Part shown: piece by piece, positions 1 to 8,846 of the stretch
How the letters are laid out: each line of letters opens with the position of its first letter
Numbering within the stretch: the first letter of the stretch is position 1
Virus record (IMG/VR): IMGVR_UViG_3300011429_000003
Coordinates: 2,184-66,183 of that record
Direction: 5' to 3' (one strand)
Length of the DNA stretch: 64,000 bases
Origin: a virus
Lineage: Duplodnaviria; Caudoviricetes
Notes under the pieces: model-generated
Told to the model about the DNA's origin: nothing
What the model saw: the letters and a program-made list of their open reading frames with translations, nothing else
Database searches by the model: none
Position numbers and translations under genes: made by a program

Positions 1-944
1 GGTGCGTAGTTGCTGGTGATCTGGCTGAACCGCGTCAGCCGCACCACGGCCAACTGCCCGTCTATGGCCTCGCCGTTCTCCAGGAACGCCACCGTTTCAC
101 GCTTCAGTGTGTCGTACACGCGGCGCTGTCGCTCGGTCAGCCTGAAGTAGCGCTTGGTGTAACTCTTAGGTGGTAGGTCGAGCACATCGTCCTTGAGCAC
201 GCGCGTAGTTATGGGCTGCACCAGCTTGGTGAGCTCGTCCAGGTGTCGGTAGATGGGGCGTCCTTCTGCGTCTTCCGCCAGGCGCTCGTAGCGCTTGCCC
301 ACCAGCTTGTTGATGTGTTCCTCCCACTGGCCGAAGTAGTGCTTGAAGATGCTGTACTCCGAGAACCCGTGCAGCTTCCAGTAGCCCTCGTCCAGGAACT
401 TGATGATAGGATATAGGTTGAACGGGTTCTTGGTGATAGGCGTACCGGTGAGGGCGCGACGAAACGGCGCCTTTTTAGCCCACGGCACCAGTCTCTTGGT
501 GCGCTGGGCACCCGCGTTCTTGATGGCACTGGCCTCGTCCACCACCAACAGGAGCCTGCGGCGCTTGGCCATCTGGTCAGCTACCTTGAGACCGTGGTCC
601 GTCATGAACGAGTCGTACGACATGGCCAGCAGCGGGAAGTCCGCCGCCAGGGCGTCGGCCATCAGCGTGCGATGTTCCACGTTACTGGCACGCCCGCCGT
701 CATAGTAGTACGGTTGGGCCTCCGGTAGGTACAGGGGACACTCGTCGTTCGCCCACATGCGGTGCAGCCCGTTCTTCGTGATGACCAACGTAGCGTCGAT
801 GTCGCCGCGCGCGCGCAGCAGCGCAGCGGTCTCCAAGGCTAGGCGCGTCTTGCCGGTGCCCTGTTCCCAGAAGATACCCCGATACGGCACGTGGCCGTGG
901 CTGGCTAGCTCGGCCTGCTGGTGCTGCCACAGGGGTGGGGTCAT
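1..944 (-). CDS. SNF2/SF2-family helicase, N-terminal part (runs off window start)
   Basis: Hand translation from ATG 944: MTPPLWQHQQ...FWEQGTGKT (motif I)...LLLVVDEASAIKN (motif II)...RALTGTPITKNP (motif III); ATGA overlap with upstream ORF at 941-944; absent from ORF track because it is open at base 1. Confidence 0.85.
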   Translation of the reverse strand, partial: MTPPLWQHQQAELASHGHVPYRGIFWEQGTGKTRLALETAALLRARGDIDATLVITKNGLHRMWANDECPLYLPEAQPYYYDGGRASNVEHRTLMADALAADFPLLAMSYDSFMTDHGLKVADQMAKRRRLLLVVDEASAIKNAGAQRTKRLVPWAKKAPFRRALTGTPITKNPFNLYPIIKFLDEGYWKLHGFSEYSIFKHYFGQWEEHINKLVGKRYERLAEDAEGRPIYRHLDELTKLVQPITTRVLKDDVLDLPPKSYTKRYFRLTERQRRVYDTLKRETVAFLENGEAIDGQLAVVRLTRFSQITSNYA

Positions 945-1285
945 GGTTCCTTCACAGTTCTGCTCATGATCTCACCCGTGTTCTGTTCCACTTGCACGCA
1001 GCGGTCGTCCCACAACTCCACCATGCCGAAGTCCTTCACGTTGGTTACCTGCAGCTGCGGTAGGCCGTGGCGTTCCAGCCACGCGTGGATGGTAGCCACC
1101 ACTGCCTCGCGCTCATCCACGTGGCATACACGCGCGGTGAAGATGCGGACTTCGCGCCCCTGGTCTAGCCAGCGGCGCACGCGCGTCACCATCTTCGGTA
1201 TGGGGGCACCTATGTGGTTTATGCCCTGCCAGCCACCGTACTCAGCTAAGGTGCCGTCCAGGTCCACACCGATCCAGCCGCTCAA
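941..1285 (-). CDS. HAD-superfamily phosphatase-like protein
   Basis: N-terminal GVDLDGTL (DxDGT) motif, IFTAR motif II, late DD pair. Confidence 0.7.
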   Translation of the reverse strand: MSGWIGVDLDGTLAEYGGWQGINHIGAPIPKMVTRVRRWLDQGREVRIFTARVCHVDEREAVVATIHAWLERHGLPQLQVTNVKDFGMVELWDDRCVQVEQNTGEIMSRTVKEP

Positions 1286-1791
1286 TCTCTGCCTCCCTTG
1301 TATACGACTTCTGGTTCACAGATGTTCAGTTCAGGATTGTGCTTGCGCCACCAGCACCACGTGCCATCAGGCATCCAGAAGCCCCAGCTACGCAGGCGGC
1401 GGCTGCATAGTACGAGGGTCCAGCAGGGCTCGTGCTTGGGTGGATTGTTGATGAACTCGCCGCGCGCGAGTGGCAGTACCACGCGATGCTTCCACGTGGC
1501 GGGGCGATACGCCACTGACCACCGCTTGCGCATGACGCGTGCTCCGGGACCGACAGCCTCCCAGTAGAAGCCTTTCAGCACGACACTGACGAAATTCCAC
1601 GGGTGATCGTGTAGGGCACGCTCGTAGTCGCTGCGACACATCTTGTGGACCATGAGGCTGCCCAGGGGCGTGCGGACAAGCGTCCACCGAATGATATAGG
1701 GGTTCTCGCGTCCACCGATATAGAACTTCTGCATGAACGCCCAGGAGCTGAACTGCGTCGCCTTAGTTGTGTTCCTGACCTTGAACATCAC
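1282..1791 (-). CDS. Cupin-fold protein
   Basis: ALHDHPWNFVSVVLKGFYWE and WKHRV cupin metal motifs; overlaps with both neighbours. Confidence 0.6.
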   Translation of the reverse strand: MMFKVRNTTKATQFSSWAFMQKFYIGGRENPYIIRWTLVRTPLGSLMVHKMCRSDYERALHDHPWNFVSVVLKGFYWEAVGPGARVMRKRWSVAYRPATWKHRVVLPLARGEFINNPPKHEPCWTLVLCSRRLRSWGFWMPDGTWCWWRKHNPELNICEPEVVYKGGRD

Positions 1792-2243
1792 GCGCGCTCT
1801 CCCTTGAACATGCGGAGCAGCGCTTCCGCGTTACCCTGGGCGTCGTGTACGGGGTGATGATCGTGCTTGGTCACGCGCAGCCGCTTCCAGTGGCTGCTGG
1901 CTGTCCAGTCGCCCACCAGCCCGGCGTAGTAGTCGCCGATGCGGCGTGCACTGTGCCCGAAGGGATTGAACCCCAGGTGCTGCCAGAAGTAGCTGTTGAT
2001 CCACTGCCAGTCGTAGGCCGGATTGTCGCTGACGAAGACGGGGGCGCCTTTCACCGTGGTTTCTAGCCACAGTGAAAAAGCGCGCATCACCTTGAGCGGG
2101 TCGCGTCGTAGATCCTCCTCCGCCCCGTGGAACGTTGCGCCTGACGAGACGTGCACGGCACCGAACTCCCGCATGGTGTGCGGTGGTATAGGCGCCGGGC
2201 CAGCCTCGCAATCTACGACCACGACCCGCTCTAACTTGTTCAT
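1788..2243 (-). CDS. DEDDh 3'-5' exo(ribo)nuclease
   Basis: VVVDCEA (Exo I), SDNPAYDW (Exo II), HHPVHDA (Exo III with His). Confidence 0.75.
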   Translation of the reverse strand: MNKLERVVVVDCEAGPAPIPPHTMREFGAVHVSSGATFHGAEEDLRRDPLKVMRAFSLWLETTVKGAPVFVSDNPAYDWQWINSYFWQHLGFNPFGHSARRIGDYYAGLVGDWTASSHWKRLRVTKHDHHPVHDAQGNAEALLRMFKGERA

Positions 2244-2460
2244 GCGTTCGTCATCGCCGCGTAGTTGTACGTGGTGCCACCAGCGGGGGCTGCGGCGAAA
2301 AACACGTTGCCGAGACCTGCCGTCGTGGTGACACAGGTCAGGTCCAGTGCACCACCACTAGGGTGTTCCCAATGCTGCGTCTTACCGGCACCGCGTGGCC
2401 GGGCCTTCAGTCCCTCCTGGATCTTCTCCGTGATGGACTGACCCGTCTCACGTGCCTGCG

Positions 2461-2667
2461 CTACGCGAAAGGGCGGACGATCACGTTCATGCGTTCGGGG
2501 TCCACGTTGGCCAAGCTGTCCTTCTCCGCCATGGCCACGCGCATCGCGGCGGACTGCGGGTCTCGTGCGATGATAGCCTTGGGGCCGAGGACCAACTTCT
2601 CCACGGCGCCTTCCTCTGCCTGCTTCGGGGTCGGGGACTCGATGATCGCTACCTCGTAGAGAGGCAT
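2461..2667 (-). CDS. Small hypothetical protein ending IVRPFA; probable -1 frameshift extension to 2240
   Basis: Good SD (AGGAG); C CCT TTC heptamer at 2473-2467 two codons before stop; -1 frame is open to the TGA at 2242-2240. Confidence 0.7.
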   Translation of the reverse strand: MPLYEVAIIESPTPKQAEEGAVEKLVLGPKAIIARDPQSAAMRVAMAEKDSLANVDPERMNVIVRPFA

Positions 2668-2702
2668 CTTGGGTTCTCCTTCAAGTTCGTGTGGTACTGC
2701 TG

Positions 2703-2718
2703 TGCCAGGTAAGTGCCT
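2703..2718 (-). promoter_or_regulatory. Possible sigma54-type (-24/-12) promoter for the leftward arm, in the divergent intergenic gap
   Basis: AGGCACTTACCTGGCA = GG-N10-GC, about 36 nt upstream of ATG 2667. Confidence 0.3.
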
Positions 2719-2832
2719 GAATATATGCCTGAGCCGTGCGGAAGTGACAAGAACTTTTTGCTAGCGAAAAGCTAACATCGGGAGTATGCTGTACGGGTGA
2801 CAAGAAACCAACCACAACGGGAGGAGAAGCAC

Positions 2833-3408
2833 ATGCAAGTAGAGACGTACGAGGCCACCGAGACGACGGTGGACGGTGCCGAGTGCACGCAGGACGCCGT
2901 GCAGTTGATGCGAGAGCTGGAGCTGGACGGCCAACTGAAACGACTGGAGCAGAGCAACGGTGTGGCGAACCCGTACCGCAAGATGACGGCGGAGGAGGCG
3001 TTCGTGTACCAGCGCGTATGCCCGAAGCGCACGCGCCTCAACGAGTACGACAGTGGCTGGGTGCCGCTGCGCGTGTTGCAGGTGGCGGCACATGCGCGCA
3101 CCATGTTCACCACGCTGTTGGTGCTACACCCGGAGGACGTGCGCATAGATCCGGTGCTCGTAGGTACCAGCACCAAGTACAACGCGCTGCACACGCGTGA
3201 CGACGACCACATACTGGCACGCTGGGGCGAGGTGCTGTTGCCCCTAGCGGAGCTGAGGGCGAAGGCAATCGCGGACTGGCGCCACGAGTACGACGAGAAG
3301 GTAGCTGCGTTGGCCGCGCAGCTGGCTGGGCTGCAGCGCGTGGTGGTGCCGGAGGAGGCCATCATCAGGGGCGCCAGCATGCCCTACGCCAGCGGGCACG
3401 GCCTGTAG
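2833..3408 (+). CDS. Conserved phage hypothetical protein
   Basis: SD GAGGAG before ATG 2833; DPVLVG...LARWGE motif also seen in ORF 48889-49286. Confidence 0.7.
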   Translation: MQVETYEATETTVDGAECTQDAVQLMRELELDGQLKRLEQSNGVANPYRKMTAEEAFVYQRVCPKRTRLNEYDSGWVPLRVLQVAAHARTMFTTLLVLHPEDVRIDPVLVGTSTKYNALHTRDDDHILARWGEVLLPLAELRAKAIADWRHEYDEKVAALAAQLAGLQRVVVPEEAIIRGASMPYASGHGL

Positions 3409-3492
3409 CGCCAGGCGTGCGATACGCCCGGCGCGGTTGCGGTGCTGCACTGTGCGTGCTGCGCATCACTCCGCGTCGGGCCGTATCGTGCC

Positions 3493-3508
3493 TGGCACGT
3501 TTCTAGCT
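3493..3508 (+). promoter_or_regulatory. sigma54-type promoter
   Basis: TGGCACGTTTCTAGCT matches TGGCACG-N4-TTGCW at 15/16; intergenic, 27 nt upstream of ATG 3535, preceded by a hairpin at 3409-3433. Confidence 0.55.
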
Positions 3509-3534
3509 CCTGCAACGGGCAGGAGGTACGCACG

Positions 3535-3840
3535 ATGGAACAACACGCACAACTTACACCCGCCGTCGGTATGGGCGGCACCTACTGCATCGGCAGCGAT
3601 CGCTACGCTGTCACGGTGGTGCGCCTGCAGGGCACCACTATAGTGTGGACCCGCTGGGACAAGCACAAGCGCACTGACCGCAACGGCCAGAGCGAGGACC
3701 AGTGGTACGTGCACGTGCCCAACCCAGACGGCCACCTGCAGAAGTTCACGCTGCGCCGCGACGGTGCCTGGCGTGAGGCACGCGGCGCAGGGCGCCTGTA
3801 CCTGGGCGAGCGCGACACCTACCAGGACCCCAGCTTCTAG
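3535..3840 (+). CDS. Hypothetical phage protein
   Basis: AGGAGG SD; ends LYLGERDTYQDPSF. Confidence 0.65.
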   Translation: MEQHAQLTPAVGMGGTYCIGSDRYAVTVVRLQGTTIVWTRWDKHKRTDRNGQSEDQWYVHVPNPDGHLQKFTLRRDGAWREARGAGRLYLGERDTYQDPSF

Positions 3841-3842
3841 CC

Positions 3843-4085
3843 ATGAGAACACTCGTCACGCACACGCAAGCGATCAAGCAGCTGCTGCCGGTGTTGGGTG
3901 AGCTCGGCCTCACCTTCCGGGCCAACCAGCGCAAGGCCACCTTGCAGCTGGACCAGGAGCAACTGAAGCACACCAAGCTGCGACTGCTGACGCGCGCGTT
4001 CCTGCAGTACCTGGCGCCCGGCACCCACGTGGAGGTCTACGTGGGCAAGGGCTACGTAACGTACTGCTTTCTGAAGGAGGAGTGA
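3843..4085 (+). CDS. Hypothetical protein
   Basis: Tightly packed ORF, phage-like codon usage. Confidence 0.55.
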   Translation: MRTLVTHTQAIKQLLPVLGELGLTFRANQRKATLQLDQEQLKHTKLRLLTRAFLQYLAPGTHVEVYVGKGYVTYCFLKEE

Positions 4086-4732
4086 TGCAGCGCACCTGGG
4101 TATGCCCGCAGTGTGAGGACGCGGTACGCGCGCCCAGCGTACCGCGCAAGGACGACGTGCGCCGCTACTGCCTGCCGTGCAGCAAGCGCACCGGCAAGCT
4201 GGTGCAGCGCACTTGCCCAGCGCTGGAGAAGCGCAGGGCGGAGCGCGGCGCGGCGAACAAGGCGCGGCACAAGGCACGCGCGGAACGCGCGCGCGAGCGC
4301 GAGCTGAAGCACTACACGGTGGGCGGTGTCAACCTGAAGGCGGAGGCGGAGGCGCGCACGCTGTGGCGCCTGCTGAAGAACGTGGAGGGGTTTCACCCCG
4401 TGGCGGAACCCGCGATGCGTATACGGCGCAGCAGGCGCACCCGCTACGGGGGCAAGCTGGGCCACTACGACCCGCGCCGCCACGAGATCATGATCAGGGA
4501 CTACCCGGGCATCACGCCGCACGACGTGCGCGAGACGCTGGCGCACGAGCTGGTGCATGCACGCATAGATCGTGGCTTGCACGACGGCTGGCACGGCCCC
4601 ACGTTCAAGCGCACGTTGTGGCACTTGATGCGCGAGGCTTATGGTGCCACAGGCGAGGGTGTGATACGCAATCGGTTCCACGGACGGTACGCGGCTGCGC
4701 TACGCAACAAGGAGAAGGAGGGACAAGAGTGA
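4085..4732 (+). CDS. SprT-like zinc metalloprotease domain protein with N-terminal CxxC...CxxC
   Basis: TLAHELVHA (HExxH) and GWHGPTFK motif typical of SprT; CPQC/CLPC pairs. Confidence 0.7.
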   Translation: MQRTWVCPQCEDAVRAPSVPRKDDVRRYCLPCSKRTGKLVQRTCPALEKRRAERGAANKARHKARAERARERELKHYTVGGVNLKAEAEARTLWRLLKNVEGFHPVAEPAMRIRRSRRTRYGGKLGHYDPRRHEIMIRDYPGITPHDVRETLAHELVHARIDRGLHDGWHGPTFKRTLWHLMREAYGATGEGVIRNRFHGRYAAALRNKEKEGQE

Positions 4733-4857
4733 TCACTCTCATCGGCACACGCGGGTGCGCACGCCTGACCTGGAAGTTGGCGGAGCAGCGCGCGGCGGAG
4801 AAGATCCGCTGGCTGCTACAGCACGGGTTCTCCGTGGAGGTGGTGCGGCATGTTTGA
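4729..4857 (+). CDS. Small hypothetical protein
   Basis: GTGA overlap with upstream gene, SD GGAGG, overlaps next ATG. Confidence 0.45.
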   Translation: MITLIGTRGCARLTWKLAEQRAAEKIRWLLQHGFSVEVVRHV

Positions 4858-5905
4858 GCTGCGCACGGACGTCAGCTTCGACGTGGGTGACTACATCGTG
4901 ACGCCCTACCCGCGCACCACGTGCAAGGGCCACGGGCTGGTGGAGGACATACTGGCCGTGCTGGTCGGCACCAGCCAGCTACGCTGCGGCCCCGGCCCCG
5001 GTGTGGAGACGGCGGGTGCGCTGCGCGCGCTGGTCGCCGCGCACGTGGCGCAGGGCGCACCGATACCGATACTGGTGCCCAGTGGGCCGAAGAAACCGAA
5101 GCACGGCGCCACCGTAGACATGGCCGAGCTGAGCGCGCTGAAGGTGCTGGCTGGCCTGCACCAGCAGGTGAGCGACCTGTACCCGCCCAGCCTGGAGATG
5201 GCGCTGCGCCTGGAGGACGTGACCGGCTGGGTGCTGGAGGGGGCCGTGGCGCGCGGCAGCATACGGCGCTACCTGGCGGACATGGAGGCGCTCGTAGCGA
5301 CGCTGGGCATGGACTACCTGCACCCCGTGCGCGAGAGCGGCATGACGACGGAGGCTGCGTTCCGCACGGAGGTGGACGTGCTGGAACCGCTGCTGCTGGC
5401 GTACCTGCGCGAGACGGACGCGTGGGAGCGCGACGACTGCGACACGTACCGCGCGCTGTGCGCCGCAGGTTGGCGCGGCACCATACCGAAGGAGCAGCGC
5501 ATGTTCTACCGCGAGCGCTACCAGCGCCTCTACCCGCAGCTCAGCTGGGACCAGGCCACCGCGCTGATGGCGCGCTACTTCGCCACCACGCTCGCACGAG
5601 TTCGGCTCGGTGCGAGCGGAGCCTTAGCTCACTGGGACCAGTGCGTGCAGCTGAACTTCGCACCACCGGTGCCGGGCGCGCCGCGCATGGGCACGCGGCT
5701 GTACTACCGCACGGCACCGGTGGCGCACACCAAGCGGCATATCCCGTTCTGGCGCGCGCGCGGCTACCTGCACGTGGCCGGGGGCAGCGTGCGCATGGGC
5801 CTGGCCAGCTGGCAGGAGGAGCTCTCGCTGCGGCCCATGGTGCTCTCCCTCACGCGTGGGCCGCACGTGGTACACCTTGAGGCCAGCTACGCGGAGGCAC
5901 GATGA
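4850..5905 (+). CDS. Divergent PvcA/IsnA/DIT1 (isonitrile synthase-like) family protein
   Basis: GAPIPILVPSGPKK...VDMAELSALKVLAGLHQQVSDLYPP parallels PvcA GEPIEFVLPAFPAK...PDMAERLSLSFLNHLCQRIQLFYAP; late IPFW parallels TPWH. Confidence 0.6.
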   Translation: MFELRTDVSFDVGDYIVTPYPRTTCKGHGLVEDILAVLVGTSQLRCGPGPGVETAGALRALVAAHVAQGAPIPILVPSGPKKPKHGATVDMAELSALKVLAGLHQQVSDLYPPSLEMALRLEDVTGWVLEGAVARGSIRRYLADMEALVATLGMDYLHPVRESGMTTEAAFRTEVDVLEPLLLAYLRETDAWERDDCDTYRALCAAGWRGTIPKEQRMFYRERYQRLYPQLSWDQATALMARYFATTLARVRLGASGALAHWDQCVQLNFAPPVPGAPRMGTRLYYRTAPVAHTKRHIPFWRARGYLHVAGGSVRMGLASWQEELSLRPMVLSLTRGPHVVHLEASYAEAR

Positions 5906-6255
5906 GCGACGCCGCACTGGCGCTGAAACACTACGGCCAGCTGGTGCACGTGAGCGGCTGCGGCTGGACGTACCCCGGCTGCCCCAGCAAGCCGGGGCGC
6001 GGGTACTACGTGCCCGTGGTGGCGTGGAACGCAGCCGTTGTGAAGCGGCTGGTTGCCACTGGGCAGGCGGTGTGGTTCTGTATCGGGCCAGACACCGCGC
6101 ACGCCACGTACAAGCTGGCGGTGGAGGCGGCCATGACGTGGCAGGCGGGTAAGGTCTTACCTGATGATCCCAGATATCCTGGGCTCATCATGCGCGCCAA
6201 CGGGCGCGGTGCGCGGCGCGCACAGATAGTGGTGCGGCTGAAGGAGAACGCATGA
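5902..6255 (+). CDS. Hypothetical protein
   Basis: ATGA overlaps at both ends. Confidence 0.55.
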   Translation: MSDAALALKHYGQLVHVSGCGWTYPGCPSKPGRGYYVPVVAWNAAVVKRLVATGQAVWFCIGPDTAHATYKLAVEAAMTWQAGKVLPDDPRYPGLIMRANGRGARRAQIVVRLKENA

Positions 6256-6485
6256 AGCTAGAGCTGCTAGACGGCACCGCCATGGCAGCGCTGCTGCCCA
6301 GGTTGGTGCAGACGTGCTTCCGGCTGAAGCTGTACCGCACCGGGCAAGCGCTGCAGAAGGCGGTACAGGAGATCGGTTGGGAGCTGGCCGGGCAGCATGA
6401 CCCCACGCAACGCGCCAGCAGAGACAGATACCAGCGTGCGCAGGACAGAGCGTACGAGAAAGTGAGGCGCAGAAATGGCCGATGA
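6252..6485 (+). CDS. Hypothetical protein
   Basis: SD AAGGAG, ATGA overlap. Confidence 0.55.
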   Translation: MKLELLDGTAMAALLPRLVQTCFRLKLYRTGQALQKAVQEIGWELAGQHDPTQRASRDRYQRAQDRAYEKVRRRNGR

Positions 6486-6786
6486 ACTTTACCCGCAGAG
6501 CGAGAAGCTGCTCGCCAAGAAGGACGAGCACATGCACGTGCAGCAGTTCCTGGAGTGGCTGGACAGTGAGGGGATCACGCTGGCCAACTGGGAGAAGCAT
6601 AAGCACGACGAGAGCTGCGGCAAGTACCACGACCTGTGCAGCATGGAGAAGGGCCAGGACTACCTGATGCCGCACAACGAGGGAATGCGCGTGCTGTTGA
6701 TGCGCTACCTGGAGATAGACGAGAACGCGCTGGAAAACGAGCGGCGCGCCATGCTGGACGCGCTGCGGCAGGCCGACGGTGGCTAG
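6475..6786 (+). CDS. Hypothetical phage protein
   Basis: Operon packing, strong GC3 bias. Confidence 0.6.
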   Translation: MADELYPQSEKLLAKKDEHMHVQQFLEWLDSEGITLANWEKHKHDESCGKYHDLCSMEKGQDYLMPHNEGMRVLLMRYLEIDENALENERRAMLDALRQADGG

Positions 6787-7006
6787 GCTCAAGCCGAGCG
6801 CCCTGCGCGCCGCCCGGCTGCAGTGGCTGCGTGATCACCGCGAAGCCTGGGCTGGCTGGCAGGGCCACAACGACAGCCGCAAGAAAGCGCTGGTGCTCGC
6901 CATGAAGCGCGACGGTGTCGTGGCACCCAGCACGTACTGGCCGGACGTGGACATCACTGCTGCTATACAGCAGGTACAGCGGCAACTGCGAGAGGAGAAG
7001 AGATGA
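6779..7006 (+). CDS. Hypothetical protein
   Basis: Operon packing. Confidence 0.5.
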   Translation: MARLKPSALRAARLQWLRDHREAWAGWQGHNDSRKKALVLAMKRDGVVAPSTYWPDVDITAAIQQVQRQLREEKR

Positions 7007-7413
7007 AGCGCCGCGTGTGGGTCAACGACGACCCGGAGAGCAACTACAGCCGGTGCCCGCAGTGTGACAAGACCAACAGCGAGGACCTGCTGATCAAGGA
7101 GACCGGCACGCGCACCAGCGCCACGTGGTGCCCGCACCTCAAGGAGGAGGTAGACGGTGGCGACACGCAGACGTACCACGTGTACGAGGTGACGACGGTG
7201 AAGCGGGTCAACGTGTGCGTGTACGGTGACCCACACGTGGGCATACCGCACCAGGACTTCAAGGTGGAGCTACACCTGGACAGCGGCGACTACGACGACG
7301 AGCAACAGCTGAAGAACGTGTGCAACTTCATCCGCGTGAGTCTGCAGCAGCTGTACGAGGAACTGTACGACGCCAGGGTGCGCGTGACGTTCGACTACGA
7401 GGAAGACGCATAG
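7003..7413 (+). CDS. Hypothetical protein with CxxC
   Basis: SD GAGGAG, ATGA overlap, CPQC motif. Confidence 0.6.
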   Translation: MKRRVWVNDDPESNYSRCPQCDKTNSEDLLIKETGTRTSATWCPHLKEEVDGGDTQTYHVYEVTTVKRVNVCVYGDPHVGIPHQDFKVELHLDSGDYDDEQQLKNVCNFIRVSLQQLYEELYDARVRVTFDYEEDA

Positions 7414-7499
7414 CGAGGGACGCCTGATGGCCAGGCTACCCGTCTGTAAAACGGGGGCGGCGGTGCCGCGAGCAGGTTCGATTCCTGCCCCTCGCACCA
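7413..7499 (+). tRNA. trnY: tRNA-Tyr(GTA), long variable arm, CCA encoded
   Basis: Acceptor GCGAGGG/CCCTCGC, anticodon stem CCCGT-ctGTAaa-ACGGG, variable hairpin GCGGCGGTGCCGC, T arm GCAGG-TTCGATT-CCTGC, A73-CCA; position 8 is A rather than U. Confidence 0.9.
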
Positions 7500-7522
7500 C
7501 TTAACAGGGAGGAGAGACAGAG

Positions 7523-7969
7523 ATGTTCGAGTCAACGCAGACGGCAGTTATCAAGTATTGTGCGGAGGAGGTGAAGCGGCAGCAAGCCGGACCACTGGAA
7601 GTATACTGGATGCTGGACGCGTGGAACTACGCGGCCGAGTATGAGGGAGATCTGACGGTGGACTTCGTCGTAGAGGTGGCGCGCCGCGTGGAACCTGGCG
7701 ACAACGCGCGGGGGCTACGCAGGGTGCCGGTGTACGTAGGCAACTACGTAGCCACACCGGTGCCGGAGGTACGCGGCAAGCTGCAGACGCTGTGCGAGCA
7801 GTGGGAAGATACCGACATGGCGCCGGAGGAGTGGTACCGAGAGTTCCAGCTGATACACCCGTTCGTGGACGGTAACGGGCGCACGGGCAAGATCGTGATG
7901 AACTGGCTCATGGGCGACATGGAAGACCCGCAGATGCCGCCCAACTTCTTCAACGTGAGCAACCCATGA
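7523..7969 (+). CDS. Fic/Doc family protein
   Basis: IHPFVDGNGRTGK = Fic motif HPFxDGNGRxx(R to K). Confidence 0.9.
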   Translation: MFESTQTAVIKYCAEEVKRQQAGPLEVYWMLDAWNYAAEYEGDLTVDFVVEVARRVEPGDNARGLRRVPVYVGNYVATPVPEVRGKLQTLCEQWEDTDMAPEEWYREFQLIHPFVDGNGRTGKIVMNWLMGDMEDPQMPPNFFNVSNP

Positions 7970-8535
7970 AGAAGATACCGACGCTGTTCGTGCGCGACAT
8001 GGCCAACGATCCGAAGTTGGTGCTGAACTTCGTCAGTCCGGAGTGCCACTGGGTCGGGCTGGAGGAAGGCGTGGCCACGCGCAAGTACGACGGCACCTGC
8101 TGCATGGTACGGGGCATGCAGCTGTACAAGCGCTACGACGCCAAGCAGGGGCGGGTGCCGCCGGTCGGATTCGAACCGGCGCAGCCGGATCCGGATCCGA
8201 CGACCGGCCACTGGCCTGGGTGGCTGCTGGTGGGTGGGGGGCCGGAGGACAAGCACCACCGCGCCGCGTGGCAGTACGTGCTGGACAACCGCAGCACATT
8301 GGCCGACGACACGTACGAGCTGGTGGGCCACGCCTGGGGCAGGAACCCGGAGCAGGTGTACCACGCGCAGTTCCTGCGGCACGGCGCCACGCGCCTGCCG
8401 GACTGCCCCACCAGCTACGACGCGCTGCGCGAGTATCTCGCGGAGAACGTCATGGAGGGGATAGTGTGGCACCACCCCGACGGGCGCAGGGCCAAGGTGA
8501 AAGCGCGTGACTACGGGCTGCGGTGGCCGCGATGA
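7966..8535 (+). CDS. ATP-dependent RNA ligase-like nucleotidyltransferase
   Basis: ATRKYDGTCC (KxDG motif I), YELVG, EGIVW (motif IV), KVK (motif V). Confidence 0.7.
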   Translation: MKKIPTLFVRDMANDPKLVLNFVSPECHWVGLEEGVATRKYDGTCCMVRGMQLYKRYDAKQGRVPPVGFEPAQPDPDPTTGHWPGWLLVGGGPEDKHHRAAWQYVLDNRSTLADDTYELVGHAWGRNPEQVYHAQFLRHGATRLPDCPTSYDALREYLAENVMEGIVWHHPDGRRAKVKARDYGLRWPR

Positions 8536-8846
8536 GCGGCCACGAGCTGCGCGTCGCCATCACGACGATGACGGAGCGCATGGTAGAGCTGGTGTTCGCC
8601 GCCGTCAACTACGCGTGGATGCGCATCTGCATGGAGAAGGTACTGCTCAACCCGGACCACGAGCAGGAAGGCGCCAAGCTGGCGGTGATCGGCGCCGAGA
8701 CGCTGGACCTGAGGCGGCTGTGCGACGAGGTGATAGCGGAGCTGACGGCCAACCTGGGCGACCCGCCCGGCATGCCCACCTGTGCCGAGGTAGTACGTGC
8801 CGTGGAGGAGCACCTGCGCGCGCAGGTGGATGAGAAGCTGAGATGA
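8532..8846 (+). CDS. Hypothetical protein
   Basis: ATGA overlap. Confidence 0.5.
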   Translation: MSGHELRVAITTMTERMVELVFAAVNYAWMRICMEKVLLNPDHEQEGAKLAVIGAETLDLRRLCDEVIAELTANLGDPPGMPTCAEVVRAVEEHLRAQVDEKLR

